Of a stretch of 64,000 bases of DNA, positions 51,988-62,299 are shown piece after piece. The DNA is taken from positions 24,541 to 88,540 of the forward strand of contig JAFVWM010000043.1 of assembly GCA_017501665.1 (NCBI GenBank), in the 5' to 3' direction. The first letter of the stretch is position 1, and every line of letters begins with the position of its first letter. Origin of the DNA: Alphaproteobacteria bacterium (GTDB lineage Bacteria > Pseudomonadota > Alphaproteobacteria > RF32 > CAG-239). The translations under genes and the position numbers were made by a program. The notes below the pieces were generated by a model. That model worked only from the letters and a program-made list of their open reading frames with translations. It did not search any database and was not told where the DNA came from.

Positions 51988-54900
51988 AATTTATACATTA
52001 CACTTAAACTGCCGGAGGTATTTTTGTAATCATCACCGACACTGTAAGATCCGGCTATTGAGGCACTAAGAGTTGATGTCATATCAAAAGACATACCTGC
52101 GGAAATCTTTGCTATTGTTCTGTCATCAGCCTGAGCCATAGAGTTTTCACTATCTATAACAAACTCAGAAGTGTCGTCCATAATATGAACAATAGAAGGC
52201 TTAATAAATATTTCGGCACGAGATTCGGGAAACTCCCAACGTTTAGCAAATTTTATACCTGCTTCAATTTCGGTGCGGCTGGCATTATCAAATTCTTGGG
52301 TCTTGCCGGCATTGTCTTCGACCGGATCTATTTCGACGGCCGTATAGCTAATTCTTACACCGGGCTCGATTCTGAGCCCGCTAATGTTTTTATATATATA
52401 GCTGACATCTAATGTTGCACCATAAAGAGTACCTGATGTGCTTGTATTTACATCGTCATTAGTGGATATATCGGCATCAATCATACCGGCATATCCGGCT
52501 AATATAGTTGACCAATTTTGTCCGTCATGACGCAAATAAGCACCGGCTAAATAACTGTTAATAGTAGTTTCGGCCTGACCGATAATTTGATATTGGTCGC
52601 CGTCTTCATCATAATTATACGTACCTTTTCTATAAGAAGCTAATAATCCCAGTTTGGTGTTACCATTACTCATCAAATCTAACCCACCGTCAAAACCGCT
52701 TATATCTGCACCATAAACATATGGAGAATCAATGGTAAGAGAAGTTGTTGCCGGAGCCACCCAACCGGTGAATACCGGTCGATTAGAACGACAAATATCA
52801 GATGCTCCTCTTTTAATATTTTTACAAGGAGCTTTTTGGTATTCGCTTATAGCAATATTATTGCGCAAGCTTTCACCCAAACTGCTTGTTTGCATAAAAG
52901 TATTATCAATTAATCCATAATAAGCTACCGCTTCGGGAACAAGAATATATTTATCACCGCTTATGGCGTTTTTCATAGAAGCAAACCATTGATTATCCTT
53001 AAAAACCGTATCCCAATGATAATACGAACCCTCTACACGATGAATCTTGAACACATTTTCCCCTGATGTGCTGCCTGCTTTGGCAAAGAGAATATCATCT
53101 CTTAAAGACGAACCATCATTAAGCGATGTTAAATATACGCTGGTTGAACCGGAAGCGTTTCCTGTTATAATAATTTTGTCGGCTTTTGCCGAAGCGATAT
53201 CTACATTTAAATTCAACTTAGAATTTGGGTTACCGGTATAATTCCCCTCAATTGTCAAACTGTTACCTGCAGTGTTATCGTTTGCAACAAGGTCGATTGT
53301 ACCGCTGTTGTTTATATCGCCGTTTTTCACGGCAATATTGCCGGAAATAAACAAAGATGAACTTTCATCTATATTCAAAGATCCGCTATTTAGAATTACA
53401 TTGTTGTTCGGAGTAAAAACTGCATTTATTAGTTTTACATCTTTCCACCCTTTAATTTCTGTTGTAGCATAAGATCCATCTTCTAAAAACAAATTATGAT
53501 CAGTACTTGAGTCGTTATTTATAATACCGCTTGCGAATATAGAATTTAATCCGCCGGTAAGCGTCAGATTCGATAAACCTGTACCTTCGGTAAATAACTG
53601 ATTTACATTCAATCCCGTTACATCTTTGCCCACGGTTAAAGTTCCTGTTAATGAGTTATAATCTTGAATGGTAATAATGGAAGAGCCTAAAAAGCTCGCA
53701 TTATTTATAGAAGAACCGGATTGTGCAATAAGCATGCTGTCTTCTTGAAATTTTATATTATTCGCAGTACCGAAGATTGATGCTGTACCGGATTCAAGTA
53801 CAGAGTCATATAAAGTTCCGCCGTCATCAACGTTAATAGTTCCGCTCTCAATGGTTAAGTTTTTTGCTTCATCTGTATCTTTAACTGTAAAAACAGAGTC
53901 GCTTCCTACATAAATCCATTCAGCACTTCCATCTGTAATACTTCCATTATATATAGTTCCGTCTGAAGATGTGGTGTTAATGTTTTCTATTTTATCATTA
54001 GTGGATAAAATAAATTTTCCTCCATCGTTTATAGTTACGTCATTCGCTGTAAAACTTGAATTATCGTCATAGTTTGATTCAAGCATTCCCCCATTTTCAA
54101 CGGTAACATTATTTATTGTACCGCCAACAGTTCCTGTTTCATCATAAAGTACAAGCCTACCACCAGCGTTTACTGTAATAGTTTCTATGGTTCCGCTGGC
54201 TGTATTAGGAACGATATTATTACCTACTGATATAGTGAAGTCATCTGTAACATTGGCGTTTAATAATGTACCTCCGGATAGTGAAATATTTCCTTTTTCT
54301 AAAATAAAATTTCTAGCTGTGGCCGAATCTTTTATTATTAAATCTCCATTTTCTATTTTATTTGTCCCATCATCTTCGGTATCTAAAATAGCACTTCCCG
54401 ATATTTCAACATAACCACCAGCGATAGTTGTGTTATAACCTTTGGCATCATTCTCAAATGTAGCCATAGAACCGGTGTTTATAGAAGAGTTTTTAGTTGT
54501 ACCATTGATGACACTTAAGGTTCCTCCCGTCATAGAAATGTTGTCTATTGTACCATTATCGATGACACTTAAGTTTCCTCCCGTCATAGAAATGCCGGTT
54601 GCCTCAACATTAGCCCCCTCAAGACTTACAAATCCTCCGTTAATTTCAAGTGTTTCAATTTCAGAGTGACCGCGTGCAGTTATATTTCCACCATTAATAG
54701 TTGTCTCTATGAGGGTACTGGTTTCCTCAGACTTTAGCTCTCCGCCCTCCACTGTTGTATCGGTAGCACTTGAATTTCCGGAATATGTTGCAGAACCACC
54801 GTCAGAAATAGTAACATTTGTTGTTGAAGCGTTATCCGAGACTTCCAGAGCGGTATTATCACCACCATCTCCTATCGTTAGACCTTCTTCATGCTCATTT

Positions 54901-55022
54901 CCTGTCAATATAATTTGAGCATAAACCGGTTTAAACCACAAAACAGCCCAACAAAACGTTAGGCATATAAATAATAGAAGTTTATTTTTTATAAAGTTCA
55001 TCGGGTTGGATCCAAACAACAA
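51984..55022 (-). CDS. Autotransporter (type Va) with a repetitive beta-helical passenger
   Basis: Signal peptide. About 650-aa passenger full of GGT/GSxT/N repeats. C-terminal beta-barrel translocator ending in SVMYKF. Confidence 0.8.
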   Translation of the reverse strand: MLFGSNPMNFIKNKLLLFICLTFCWAVLWFKPVYAQIILTGNEHEEGLTIGDGGDNTALEVSDNASTTNVTISDGGSATYSGNSSATDTTVEGGELKSEETSTLIETTINGGNITARGHSEIETLEINGGFVSLEGANVEATGISMTGGNLSVIDNGTIDNISMTGGTLSVINGTTKNSSINTGSMATFENDAKGYNTTIAGGYVEISGSAILDTEDDGTNKIENGDLIIKDSATARNFILEKGNISLSGGTLLNANVTDDFTISVGNNIVPNTASGTIETITVNAGGRLVLYDETGTVGGTINNVTVENGGMLESNYDDNSSFTANDVTINDGGKFILSTNDKIENINTTSSDGTIYNGSITDGSAEWIYVGSDSVFTVKDTDEAKNLTIESGTINVDDGGTLYDSVLESGTASIFGTANNIKFQEDSMLIAQSGSSINNASFLGSSIITIQDYNSLTGTLTVGKDVTGLNVNQLFTEGTGLSNLTLTGGLNSIFASGIINNDSSTDHNLFLEDGSYATTEIKGWKDVKLINAVFTPNNNVILNSGSLNIDESSSLFISGNIAVKNGDINNSGTIDLVANDNTAGNSLTIEGNYTGNPNSKLNLNVDIASAKADKIIITGNASGSTSVYLTSLNDGSSLRDDILFAKAGSTSGENVFKIHRVEGSYYHWDTVFKDNQWFASMKNAISGDKYILVPEAVAYYGLIDNTFMQTSSLGESLRNNIAISEYQKAPCKNIKRGASDICRSNRPVFTGWVAPATTSLTIDSPYVYGADISGFDGGLDLMSNGNTKLGLLASYRKGTYNYDEDGDQYQIIGQAETTINSYLAGAYLRHDGQNWSTILAGYAGMIDADISTNDDVNTSTSGTLYGATLDVSYIYKNISGLRIEPGVRISYTAVEIDPVEDNAGKTQEFDNASRTEIEAGIKFAKRWEFPESRAEIFIKPSIVHIMDDTSEFVIDSENSMAQADDRTIAKISAGMSFDMTSTLSASIAGSYSVGDDYKNTSGSLSVMYKF

Positions 55023-55157
55023 AGTTTATGCATATGCTAACAAGTTAGTACAAAAAACTTAACAGATTGTTACCGATTCCCTTTAACGATTCTAACGATT
55101 CGCCTCAAATCAAGACTCAGATTCGTTTTGAGTCTTATCAAAAATTTTTTCTTTTCT

Positions 55158-55222
55158 GACAGAATCGCAAAAATAAAAAAACAGAATCGCAAAAAAAACA
55201 GAATCGCAAAAACTAAAAAATT
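55158..55222. repeat. Three imperfect tandem copies of ACAGAATCGCAAAAA(n)
   Basis: acagaatcgcaaaaataaaaaa / acagaatcgcaaaaaaa / acagaatcgcaaaaactaaaaaa. Each copy carries a GAATC site. Confidence 0.8.
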
Positions 55223-56444
55223 AAAACGAAATAATCGTATTATTTCTCACTTCTAAAAATTGAGCATCATTTCTTAGCGAATCAAAAAGTTCGGGATTTG
55301 TGGTGGTAATCCATGCCTGAATATTTAAATCGCTAATCTTTTCGAGCAAGGCTTCTCTTTTAACGTCATCTAAATGCGCCGTTACTTCATCAAGTAACAT
55401 AACCGGTGCAAAACCTTGATGTAATGTTTGGCATTTTGTTTGGGCTAAAATAATGCTGACCAGTAAAGATTTCTGCTCTCCGGTTGAACAAAGATCAGCA
55501 GGCATGCCTTTTTTTCGGTAATAAACCTTAAAATCGCTTCTGTTAACACCCTCTAAATTTTCATAATCCAAAATAAAATTACGTTGTTTAGATAACATAT
55601 TTTTATATTCGTCCTCGACCAAAACAGCCGGTTTATTGTCGAGTAACTTTTCAATTTTACCATCCAGTTCAAGTCTGACCGATGGAAACACATCATCAGG
55701 CTCGTTTTCAATGAAGGCGTTTAATCTTGCTATTTGCTCGCGTCGAGCTGCTGCAATAGCTACTCCGGTTGTCGCCATATTTTCTTCTATTGAATCAAGC
55801 CAATGATTATCGTTTTTGCCTTCCTTTAGCAATCTGAACCTTTCTCTGTACAAATGCTCGAAAGTAGCCGTCCTTTTGGCATGTTCCATATCAAAAGCAT
55901 ACACTAACCTATCTAAAAATGAGCGTCTGGGTTGGCTTCCGCCTCTAAAAAGCCTATCCATTTGCGGAGTAAGCCAAGTCGCCGAGAAATATTTACCCAA
56001 ATCACCTTGTGAGGCAAGCTTTGTATTATCAACCTTGACTATGCGTCGTTCAAAAGAGCGAAATTCTTCGTTCTCACAATCATCTTTTGCTGATTTTTCG
56101 ACAGCAGTTGCAATCGTATATATTTCATCATTCTTTATAACATCTGCCGCCACTGCCCAATTTAACGGCGAAATGAACGAATATTCATTTTTACCGGTAA
56201 TTTGCGGAATAAAACGTTTTATATCAGCAAGTCTTGCCCCCCTAAGACCTCTTCCCGGTGTCAAAAAAGATATAGCTTCTAAGATATTAGTTTTTCCCGA
56301 ACCGTTTTCACCATAGACGACAATCGGAGCAATTTCTGTTTTTAACCTTAATGAAGCATAATTCCTAAAGTCAGTTAAAGTCAGGCGTTCGACACCTGAC
56401 TTTAACTTTGTTAAATTAGCTAAATTTTCGGCTAAATTGTTCAT
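55221..56444 (-). CDS. recF: DNA replication and repair protein RecF
   Basis: Walker A GENGSGKTNILEA. SMC-like signature. dnaA-dnaN-recF order. Confidence 0.9.
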   Translation of the reverse strand: MNNLAENLANLTKLKSGVERLTLTDFRNYASLRLKTEIAPIVVYGENGSGKTNILEAISFLTPGRGLRGARLADIKRFIPQITGKNEYSFISPLNWAVAADVIKNDEIYTIATAVEKSAKDDCENEEFRSFERRIVKVDNTKLASQGDLGKYFSATWLTPQMDRLFRGGSQPRRSFLDRLVYAFDMEHAKRTATFEHLYRERFRLLKEGKNDNHWLDSIEENMATTGVAIAAARREQIARLNAFIENEPDDVFPSVRLELDGKIEKLLDNKPAVLVEDEYKNMLSKQRNFILDYENLEGVNRSDFKVYYRKKGMPADLCSTGEQKSLLVSIILAQTKCQTLHQGFAPVMLLDEVTAHLDDVKREALLEKISDLNIQAWITTTNPELFDSLRNDAQFLEVRNNTIISF

Positions 56445-57563
56445 TTATATTCTCATTGGCATAAGCACATAAATAGCACTATTGTCTGATGTATCATGAA
56501 TAACCGAAGGAGAAGATGCATCGGCAAACGATATACGAACAGTTTCACCTTTAACTTCACCCAAAATATCCAACAAATAACGGAAGTTGTAACCGATTTC
56601 TAATGGTTGATAATCGTATTTTGCTTCCAAATCTTCCGATGCACTTCCTAAATCAGGACTAGACGTAACGATAGAAACTTTGTTCGGAGCGGTCAACATT
56701 TTAATAGCTCTGGTTCGCTCGGCAACAACCGAAACACGATCAACAGCCGAGGCTAATTCTTTAACGTTAAGCTCCAAAGATTTATCATTATCGGTAGGAA
56801 TTACTCTTTCATAATCAGGATATGTTCCGTCAATAAGCTTAGACGTCAAAGTAATATCGGTTACACAGAAACGAACCTTGTTTTCCGAAACTTCAACAGT
56901 AACATTTTCTATAGAAGCATCGTCTAAAAGCTTTCTTATTTCACCGACGGTTTTACGTGGAATAATAACACCTTTAAGATCTTCGGCACCTTTAGGAAGA
57001 GGAGATTCAACACAAGCAAGCCTGTGACCATCGGTTGCTACAACACGCAAAACTTCTGATGAACCTTCTTTTTTTGCATGAACATACAAACCATTCAAAT
57101 AATATCTGGTCTCTTCGGTAGAAACGGCAAATTGTGTACGATCAATAACGTCTTTTAACTCGTCTTTTGCCATAACAAAAGAAATAGGCAATTTGTCGCC
57201 GGAAATAACCGGAAAATCTTCAACAGGAATTGTCGATAACGAAAATTTTGAACGAGCAGACGAAATTGTAAGCTGACCTTTATCATCGGGATATATCAAT
57301 TCAACTTGGCTTCCGTCAGATAATTTTCTTACAATATCATAAAGCATATGAGCCGGAGCAGTAGTAGCACCTGCTTCTGTAATCTTAGCATCGGCAATTT
57401 CGGTAATTTCGGTGTCCATATCGGTAGCCTTAAAACTGATACCGTCACCCATGGTTTCGATTCTGACATTTGACAATACAGGTATTGTGTTTCTTTTTTC
57501 TACAATGCTCTGTACATGGCTCAAAGTTTTTAATAAATGTGCACGTTCTATAGTAAATCTCAT
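56445..57563 (-). CDS. dnaN: DNA polymerase III beta sliding clamp
   Basis: MRFTIERAHLLK start. Three-domain clamp length. The six-frame ORF extends 18 codons upstream to 57617, which is probably not used. Confidence 0.9.
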   Translation of the reverse strand: MRFTIERAHLLKTLSHVQSIVEKRNTIPVLSNVRIETMGDGISFKATDMDTEITEIADAKITEAGATTAPAHMLYDIVRKLSDGSQVELIYPDDKGQLTISSARSKFSLSTIPVEDFPVISGDKLPISFVMAKDELKDVIDRTQFAVSTEETRYYLNGLYVHAKKEGSSEVLRVVATDGHRLACVESPLPKGAEDLKGVIIPRKTVGEIRKLLDDASIENVTVEVSENKVRFCVTDITLTSKLIDGTYPDYERVIPTDNDKSLELNVKELASAVDRVSVVAERTRAIKMLTAPNKVSIVTSSPDLGSASEDLEAKYDYQPLEIGYNFRYLLDILGEVKGETVRISFADASSPSVIHDTSDNSAIYVLMPMRI

Positions 57564-57673
57564 GTTATTTTTCCAAAAAAAACGACTTATTGTTAATGTT
57601 GCTTCAAATAATAGCACAAAGCACCAAAATCAAAAGCTAAAACAATAAGTCGTCAACAGTTTTTTTACGTAAT

Positions 57674-59119
57674 TTAAGCTTCGAGACTTCTTCTTAAAGT
57701 ATCGACATTTTCAGCCAAAGAAACATCTTCCATAATGAGCTCCTCAACTTTGCGAACAGCGTGCATAACGGTTGTATGATCACGATCAAATTTGCGTCCG
57801 ATTTCGGGCAAAGAACGAGAAGTAAGTTGCTTTGCCAAATACATGGCAATTTGACGAGGGCGTGCAACAGTGCGAGCACGTCTGGAAGACTGCATCTCTT
57901 TAACCGAAATGTTAAAATGTTCGGCAACCTTCTTTTGAATCTCATCAATTGTTGTTCTCTTATCAAAAGAACGAAGCATATCTTTTAAGATGTCTTGAGT
58001 CATATCAAGAGTGATTTCATGATTACTCAAAAGTTGCGAATGAGCGATTACGCGACGCAAAGCACCTTCCAATTCTCTGATGTTAGAGGTAATTTTTGTA
58101 GCTAAAAATTCGGCCACCTTTTGAGGTAATTCAAGTCCTAGTTGCTTTGCTTTGTTGTTTAAGATTCCCATTCTCAAATCAAAGTCTGTCGGATGAATAT
58201 CGGCAACCAAACCGCAACCTAAACGAGATTTTAAGCGAGCTTCGATTCCTTCCAAATCGGCTGGTGATTTGTCGGCAGAAATAATGATTTGACGTCCTTC
58301 TTCAATCAACGAATTAAAAGTGTAGAAAAATTCTTCTTGGGTTGTGTCTTTTCCGCCCATAAACTGAACATCATCAACCATTAATACATCAACCGAGCGG
58401 AATTGTTCTTTGAAAGCGGTGGTGTCTTTATAACGAAGCGCTCTGACAAACTTGTACATAAACTTTTCGGCAGACAAATAAACAATATTTCTTGAAGGGT
58501 CCTGTTGTTTAATGTGCCATGCGATAGCATGCATAAGGTGTGTCTTACCCAAACCGACGCCCGAATATAAGAATAAAGGATTAAAAGATATATTGCGAGA
58601 TTCAGCTACTTTGCGCGCAGCAGCATAAGCAAACTCATTGGTTTTTCCGACAACAAAATTATCAAAAGTATATTGAGGGTTTAACGGCACCGACAAACTG
58701 TCACCCAATGAGCATTCGTTAGTGTTTGCCACAATAGATTTTACACCTGATTGATATATATTTTGTGGCATTGGAGATGTTGTAATCTTTTTTAATAAGG
58801 AACGACAAGTCGGGTTGTACAAACCTTTGTTTATAGCCATATCCTGACCGGCTTGAACAACAAAGTTAATGTTTTTTATTGCGGGATTTTTCTTTTCCCA
58901 AATTTTGTGGATTCGGTCACTGTAATTTGTGATAACCCAGTTTCGCATAAAGCGGGTCGGAACGCAAATATTCATTGTTCCTTCGTTAAAAGACCCTATT
59001 GTTAAAGGCTTGAGCCAACTATCAAACGCGGTTTCACCTACTTCTGTTTTAAGCTGCTCACAAATCTGTCCCCATTGATCTTGAACGGATGCATCATTAA
59101 CAATTGCTTCTTCAGCCAT
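57674..59119 (-). CDS. dnaA: Chromosomal replication initiator DnaA
   Basis: AAA+ Walker A GVGLGKTHL. C-terminal DNA-binding domain with the DHTTV motif. Confidence 0.95.
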   Translation of the reverse strand: MAEEAIVNDASVQDQWGQICEQLKTEVGETAFDSWLKPLTIGSFNEGTMNICVPTRFMRNWVITNYSDRIHKIWEKKNPAIKNINFVVQAGQDMAINKGLYNPTCRSLLKKITTSPMPQNIYQSGVKSIVANTNECSLGDSLSVPLNPQYTFDNFVVGKTNEFAYAAARKVAESRNISFNPLFLYSGVGLGKTHLMHAIAWHIKQQDPSRNIVYLSAEKFMYKFVRALRYKDTTAFKEQFRSVDVLMVDDVQFMGGKDTTQEEFFYTFNSLIEEGRQIIISADKSPADLEGIEARLKSRLGCGLVADIHPTDFDLRMGILNNKAKQLGLELPQKVAEFLATKITSNIRELEGALRRVIAHSQLLSNHEITLDMTQDILKDMLRSFDKRTTIDEIQKKVAEHFNISVKEMQSSRRARTVARPRQIAMYLAKQLTSRSLPEIGRKFDRDHTTVMHAVRKVEELIMEDVSLAENVDTLRRSLEA

Positions 59120-59687
59120 TTCTACTCCCCAATTTATTCTTATAAAAATTAAAACCTAAATCAGTTACAATACTATTTGTTATAGCTAAAAACGAAAATT
59201 TTGCCGTTTAATTATAAAAGACCATAGTTTATTTCTTAAAATCTTTCTTAAATATTCCCCTTATTTATAAAAGATTCTGTTTATACAGTTTTTATAAAAT
59301 TAAAAAGCAAGCTTTCTGTCTTATTTTAAACCATCATTACTGGATGTTTGTATCAAATCGCTTTAGTTAAATTTCATAAATATAAAACTGACAACTAATA
59401 CTTAAGACTATTCTGTCGCGCATTTCGGCAAAGCCGAGCATTTTCACTATTCTTTATCCTTCGGATTCGAAAGTTTTGATTCTGAGGATGTAGCGTTTAG
59501 TAAACTAAAAAAATTTTTAAGTATTCAAAAGCTTTCCTAAAAACAAAATCAAAACCCTCTTACAAAGTGATTTGGATATTAGAACAAAAAAAAAGAAAAA
59601 CAACAGAACTTTTGTAGAACATTGCAATTAAATTTCTTGACAGCGATTCTTCAAGAGTCGGACGGATTCTGCCTGTTTTAGACGAAA

Positions 59688-59742
59688 AGAGCGCAAACCA
59701 TATCACTCTAATATATCAAAATAGAGTTTCGGTTTGCGCTCT
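59688..59742 (-). terminator. Hairpin with a 12-bp perfect stem (agagcgcaaacc...ggtttgcgctct) just downstream of rpsT. It is a probable rpsT terminator or a regulatory palindrome upstream of dnaA.
   Basis: Perfect inverted repeat seen directly. Weak U-tract. Confidence 0.5.
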
Positions 59743-59767
59743 AAAACAAAGCCTGTTTAATACTAAA

Positions 59768-60028
59768 TTACAAAGCTTTAATTTTCTGAGAAAGGCGAGA
59801 AATTTTACGAGATGCTGTATTCATTTTGAAAACACCTTTTCTAACAGCTCGCATCAATTCAGATTCGGCAGTTCTAAAAGCTGTACTTGCCAATTCCTTA
59901 TCACCGGCAAGAATAGCGGCTTCAACTTTTTTTACAAAAGTGCGAACACGGCTTCTGCGAGCACCATTGATAACAGCTCTCTTATTATTTCTTACGATTC
60001 TGCTTTTTGCAGATTTATGATTGGCCAT
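59768..60028 (-). CDS. rpsT: 30S ribosomal protein S20
   Basis: [19 protein letters not shown]... basic 86-aa protein. Confidence 0.93.
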   Translation of the reverse strand: MANHKSAKSRIVRNNKRAVINGARRSRVRTFVKKVEAAILAGDKELASTAFRTAESELMRAVRKGVFKMNTASRKISRLSQKIKAL

Positions 60029-60149
60029 TTTTATTTCCTATTACTATTAAAAGTTATTCCGATATTTTATTAAATGTAATGCTTTATAGACTTGAACACT
60101 CACTAAAGTCAACAATAAATTTGCCTACAATGTCGATTCTTTTACTTTT

Positions 60150-60899
60150 TTACTTAAAATTGTTCAAAATATTGGCAAAATCCGGAGTGTTCATACTCAA
60201 TCTGCAACTTTTCAGCTCCAATTCCAGACCATTTTGTAAATTCATATTCTCTACTTGGCGTAAGGTTTCTTTTGCTTGAATAACGGCCTGATACGGCAAA
60301 GAGGCGATTCTGTTTGCCACTCTTAAGGATTCGGCAAACAAATCTTTTAACGGAACAACCCTGCTTATAAGACCGCAAGCAGATGCTTCTTCGGCACTTA
60401 AGGCCTTACCTGTCAAAATTATTTCAGAAGTTTTTGCTTTTCCGATTCTGTGAATCAGTCTGGAACATCCTCCAAAAGAAGGTATTGTTCCGATGGACAG
60501 TTCGGGATAGCCGAACTGTGAGGATTCGGCAGCCAGTATAATATCTCCGGCCAAAGCTAAATCACAGCCCAAACCCAAAGCATAACCGGATATGGCCATT
60601 ACAATCGGCTTAGAACAAGTTATGATTTTATTAAATTCATCTTGCCAAGCTTTTAGAGCTAAGCTTTGCTGAGCAACTTCTGCGCTAAAATCTTTTATAT
60701 CGATTCCGGCCGCAAAAACATCATCGGTTCCTTTTATGACAATACATCTTATGGTATCGTCATAATCCCATTCTTGAACTTGATATGCAATTTCGTTAAG
60801 CATTTCCAGATTAACGGCATTCATCTCGCTTAGTCTGTTTAATGTTATAACACCGATAGTGTCTCTTATTTCCGTTAATATAGTATTGTTTTCATTCAT
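60150..60899 (-). CDS. Enoyl-CoA hydratase/isomerase family protein
   Basis: Crotonase fold motifs (VIKGTDDVFAAGIDIK; GYALGLGCDLAL). Confidence 0.8.
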   Translation of the reverse strand: MNENNTILTEIRDTIGVITLNRLSEMNAVNLEMLNEIAYQVQEWDYDDTIRCIVIKGTDDVFAAGIDIKDFSAEVAQQSLALKAWQDEFNKIITCSKPIVMAISGYALGLGCDLALAGDIILAAESSQFGYPELSIGTIPSFGGCSRLIHRIGKAKTSEIILTGKALSAEEASACGLISRVVPLKDLFAESLRVANRIASLPYQAVIQAKETLRQVENMNLQNGLELELKSCRLSMNTPDFANILNNFK

Positions 60900-60909
60900 G
60901 GTATGTTCC

Positions 60910-61278
60910 TTATTGTTGTTTGCTTTTTACAACCAATCTTAAGATTAAAGGTTTTTCCGATTCTTTTGTTATTTCTAACGATTCGCCATCACGTTCAAAA
61001 GATATTTTTTGTTTGGCAGAGCCCTTTTTTTGCCAGCCCATCTGAGGAAGTGTATCATTATAAAATTTTACTACATGTTCAAAATTTTGCTTTTCAACAG
61101 CCAAATACGATTCAAAAAAACGAATTTCTTCATTATCAAAACTGAGCGATCCGTTTTCTATTTGAGTAACGTTTTTCGGCAAAGGAACATCTTCCAACCC
61201 CTCAACAAAAGAAGCTTTGGCGGAAAAGACAACAAACAAGAGTGTTATAAAGAGTAAAAGGACAATATTTTTTTTCAT
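60910..61278 (-). CDS. Secreted hypothetical protein
   Basis: Signal peptide. No family recognised. Confidence 0.45.
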   Translation of the reverse strand: MKKNIVLLLFITLLFVVFSAKASFVEGLEDVPLPKNVTQIENGSLSFDNEEIRFFESYLAVEKQNFEHVVKFYNDTLPQMGWQKKGSAKQKISFERDGESLEITKESEKPLILRLVVKSKQQ

Positions 61279-62114
61279 TTTTGTAAACTTTCACAATAAA
61301 AAGTTGAGCGTCCTGCCATAATAACAGATTTTATTCCGCCCGTTTCTTTTATATTACATGTACAATGAGGACATTTTTGTCCCTTTTTATTATAAACGCA
61401 ATGCATATTTTGAAAATACCCGATACTTCCGTCCGGTTTTTTGTAATCACGCAGAGTTGAACCTCCTGCATCAATGGCTTTTTGCAAAACTTTTTTGGTG
61501 TTTTCTATAATCAAGTCACAATCTTTCAGGTTGATGCTTTCACAAAAACGAGAAGGAAGAATTCTCGATTCGTAAAGAATTTCAGATGCATAAATATTAC
61601 CGATTCCCGAAATTATTGATTGATCAAGAAGAGCCGCTTTTATTGGCGTTTTTTTCTTCTTTTGCAGTTTTTTTAATAAATAATCAGCGGTTAATTCGTT
61701 GCCGAAAGGATCCTTTCCCAGCTTTTTCAAAAACTTATTAGATGCTAATTCGTTATTCCTACAATATGTAAAAAGTCCAAATCTGCGAGGGTCATTATAA
61801 ACAATAAAACCGTTACTTGTTTTTAAAATAATATGGTCATGTTTTTCTTCTAAAGGCAAGGTGTCCGATATTTTAACTTTTCCGCTCATGCCCATATGCC
61901 AAATTATGCAAAAATCGTTATCTAAAGAGATGATAATATATTTAGCTATCCGCTCATATTTTGTAATATTTGCTCCTTTTAATTTTTGTTCCAAATCACA
62001 AGGTACTTCATCTCGCAACTTGCGATTCCTTATATCAATATTTAAAATTTGAGCATTGCCGATTCCTTTTTCAACGGCTTTTTTTATAGTTTCTACTTCG
62101 GGCAATTCGGGCAT
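61275..62114 (-). CDS. mutM: Formamidopyrimidine-DNA glycosylase
   Basis: N-terminal PELPEVE. C-terminal zinc finger CPHCTC...C. Confidence 0.9.
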   Translation of the reverse strand: MPELPEVETIKKAVEKGIGNAQILNIDIRNRKLRDEVPCDLEQKLKGANITKYERIAKYIIISLDNDFCIIWHMGMSGKVKISDTLPLEEKHDHIILKTSNGFIVYNDPRRFGLFTYCRNNELASNKFLKKLGKDPFGNELTADYLLKKLQKKKKTPIKAALLDQSIISGIGNIYASEILYESRILPSRFCESINLKDCDLIIENTKKVLQKAIDAGGSTLRDYKKPDGSIGYFQNMHCVYNKKGQKCPHCTCNIKETGGIKSVIMAGRSTFYCESLQK

Positions 62115-62246
62115 ACTGTTACCTTAAAATTTAAATTTAACACATAAAAAAGTATAAATATTTTTTTGTTTCAAAACAACAACTAACTTAAAAATGTACA
62201 AAGGATATCCGTTTTAATCGTGTAAATACAACAGTAAATTAATACT

Positions 62247-62277
62247 TTGTAAAGTCCATTTTTTATGGTAGTATAAT
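62247..62277 (+). promoter_or_regulatory. Putative sigma70-type promoter (TTGTAA-N19-TATAAT) followed by an AAGGAG RBS
   Basis: Perfect -10 hexamer 62272-62277. Good SD 7 nt before the ATG at 62300. The -35 spacing is slightly long. Confidence 0.4.
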
Positions 62278-62299
62278 CACAGGGCTTACGTAAAGGAGA

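Noticed and set aside
52185-54918. Series of 60-75-aa plus-strand ORFs inside the autotransporter gene
   Set aside because: They are antisense to a 1012-aa CDS with clear signal peptide, passenger and barrel. They are shadow ORFs.
59120-59767. Possibility that the dnaA upstream region is oriC
   Set aside because: No convincing DnaA-box cluster is seen. Alphaproteobacterial origins are usually near hemE rather than dnaA. It is kept only as a regulatory-region finding.
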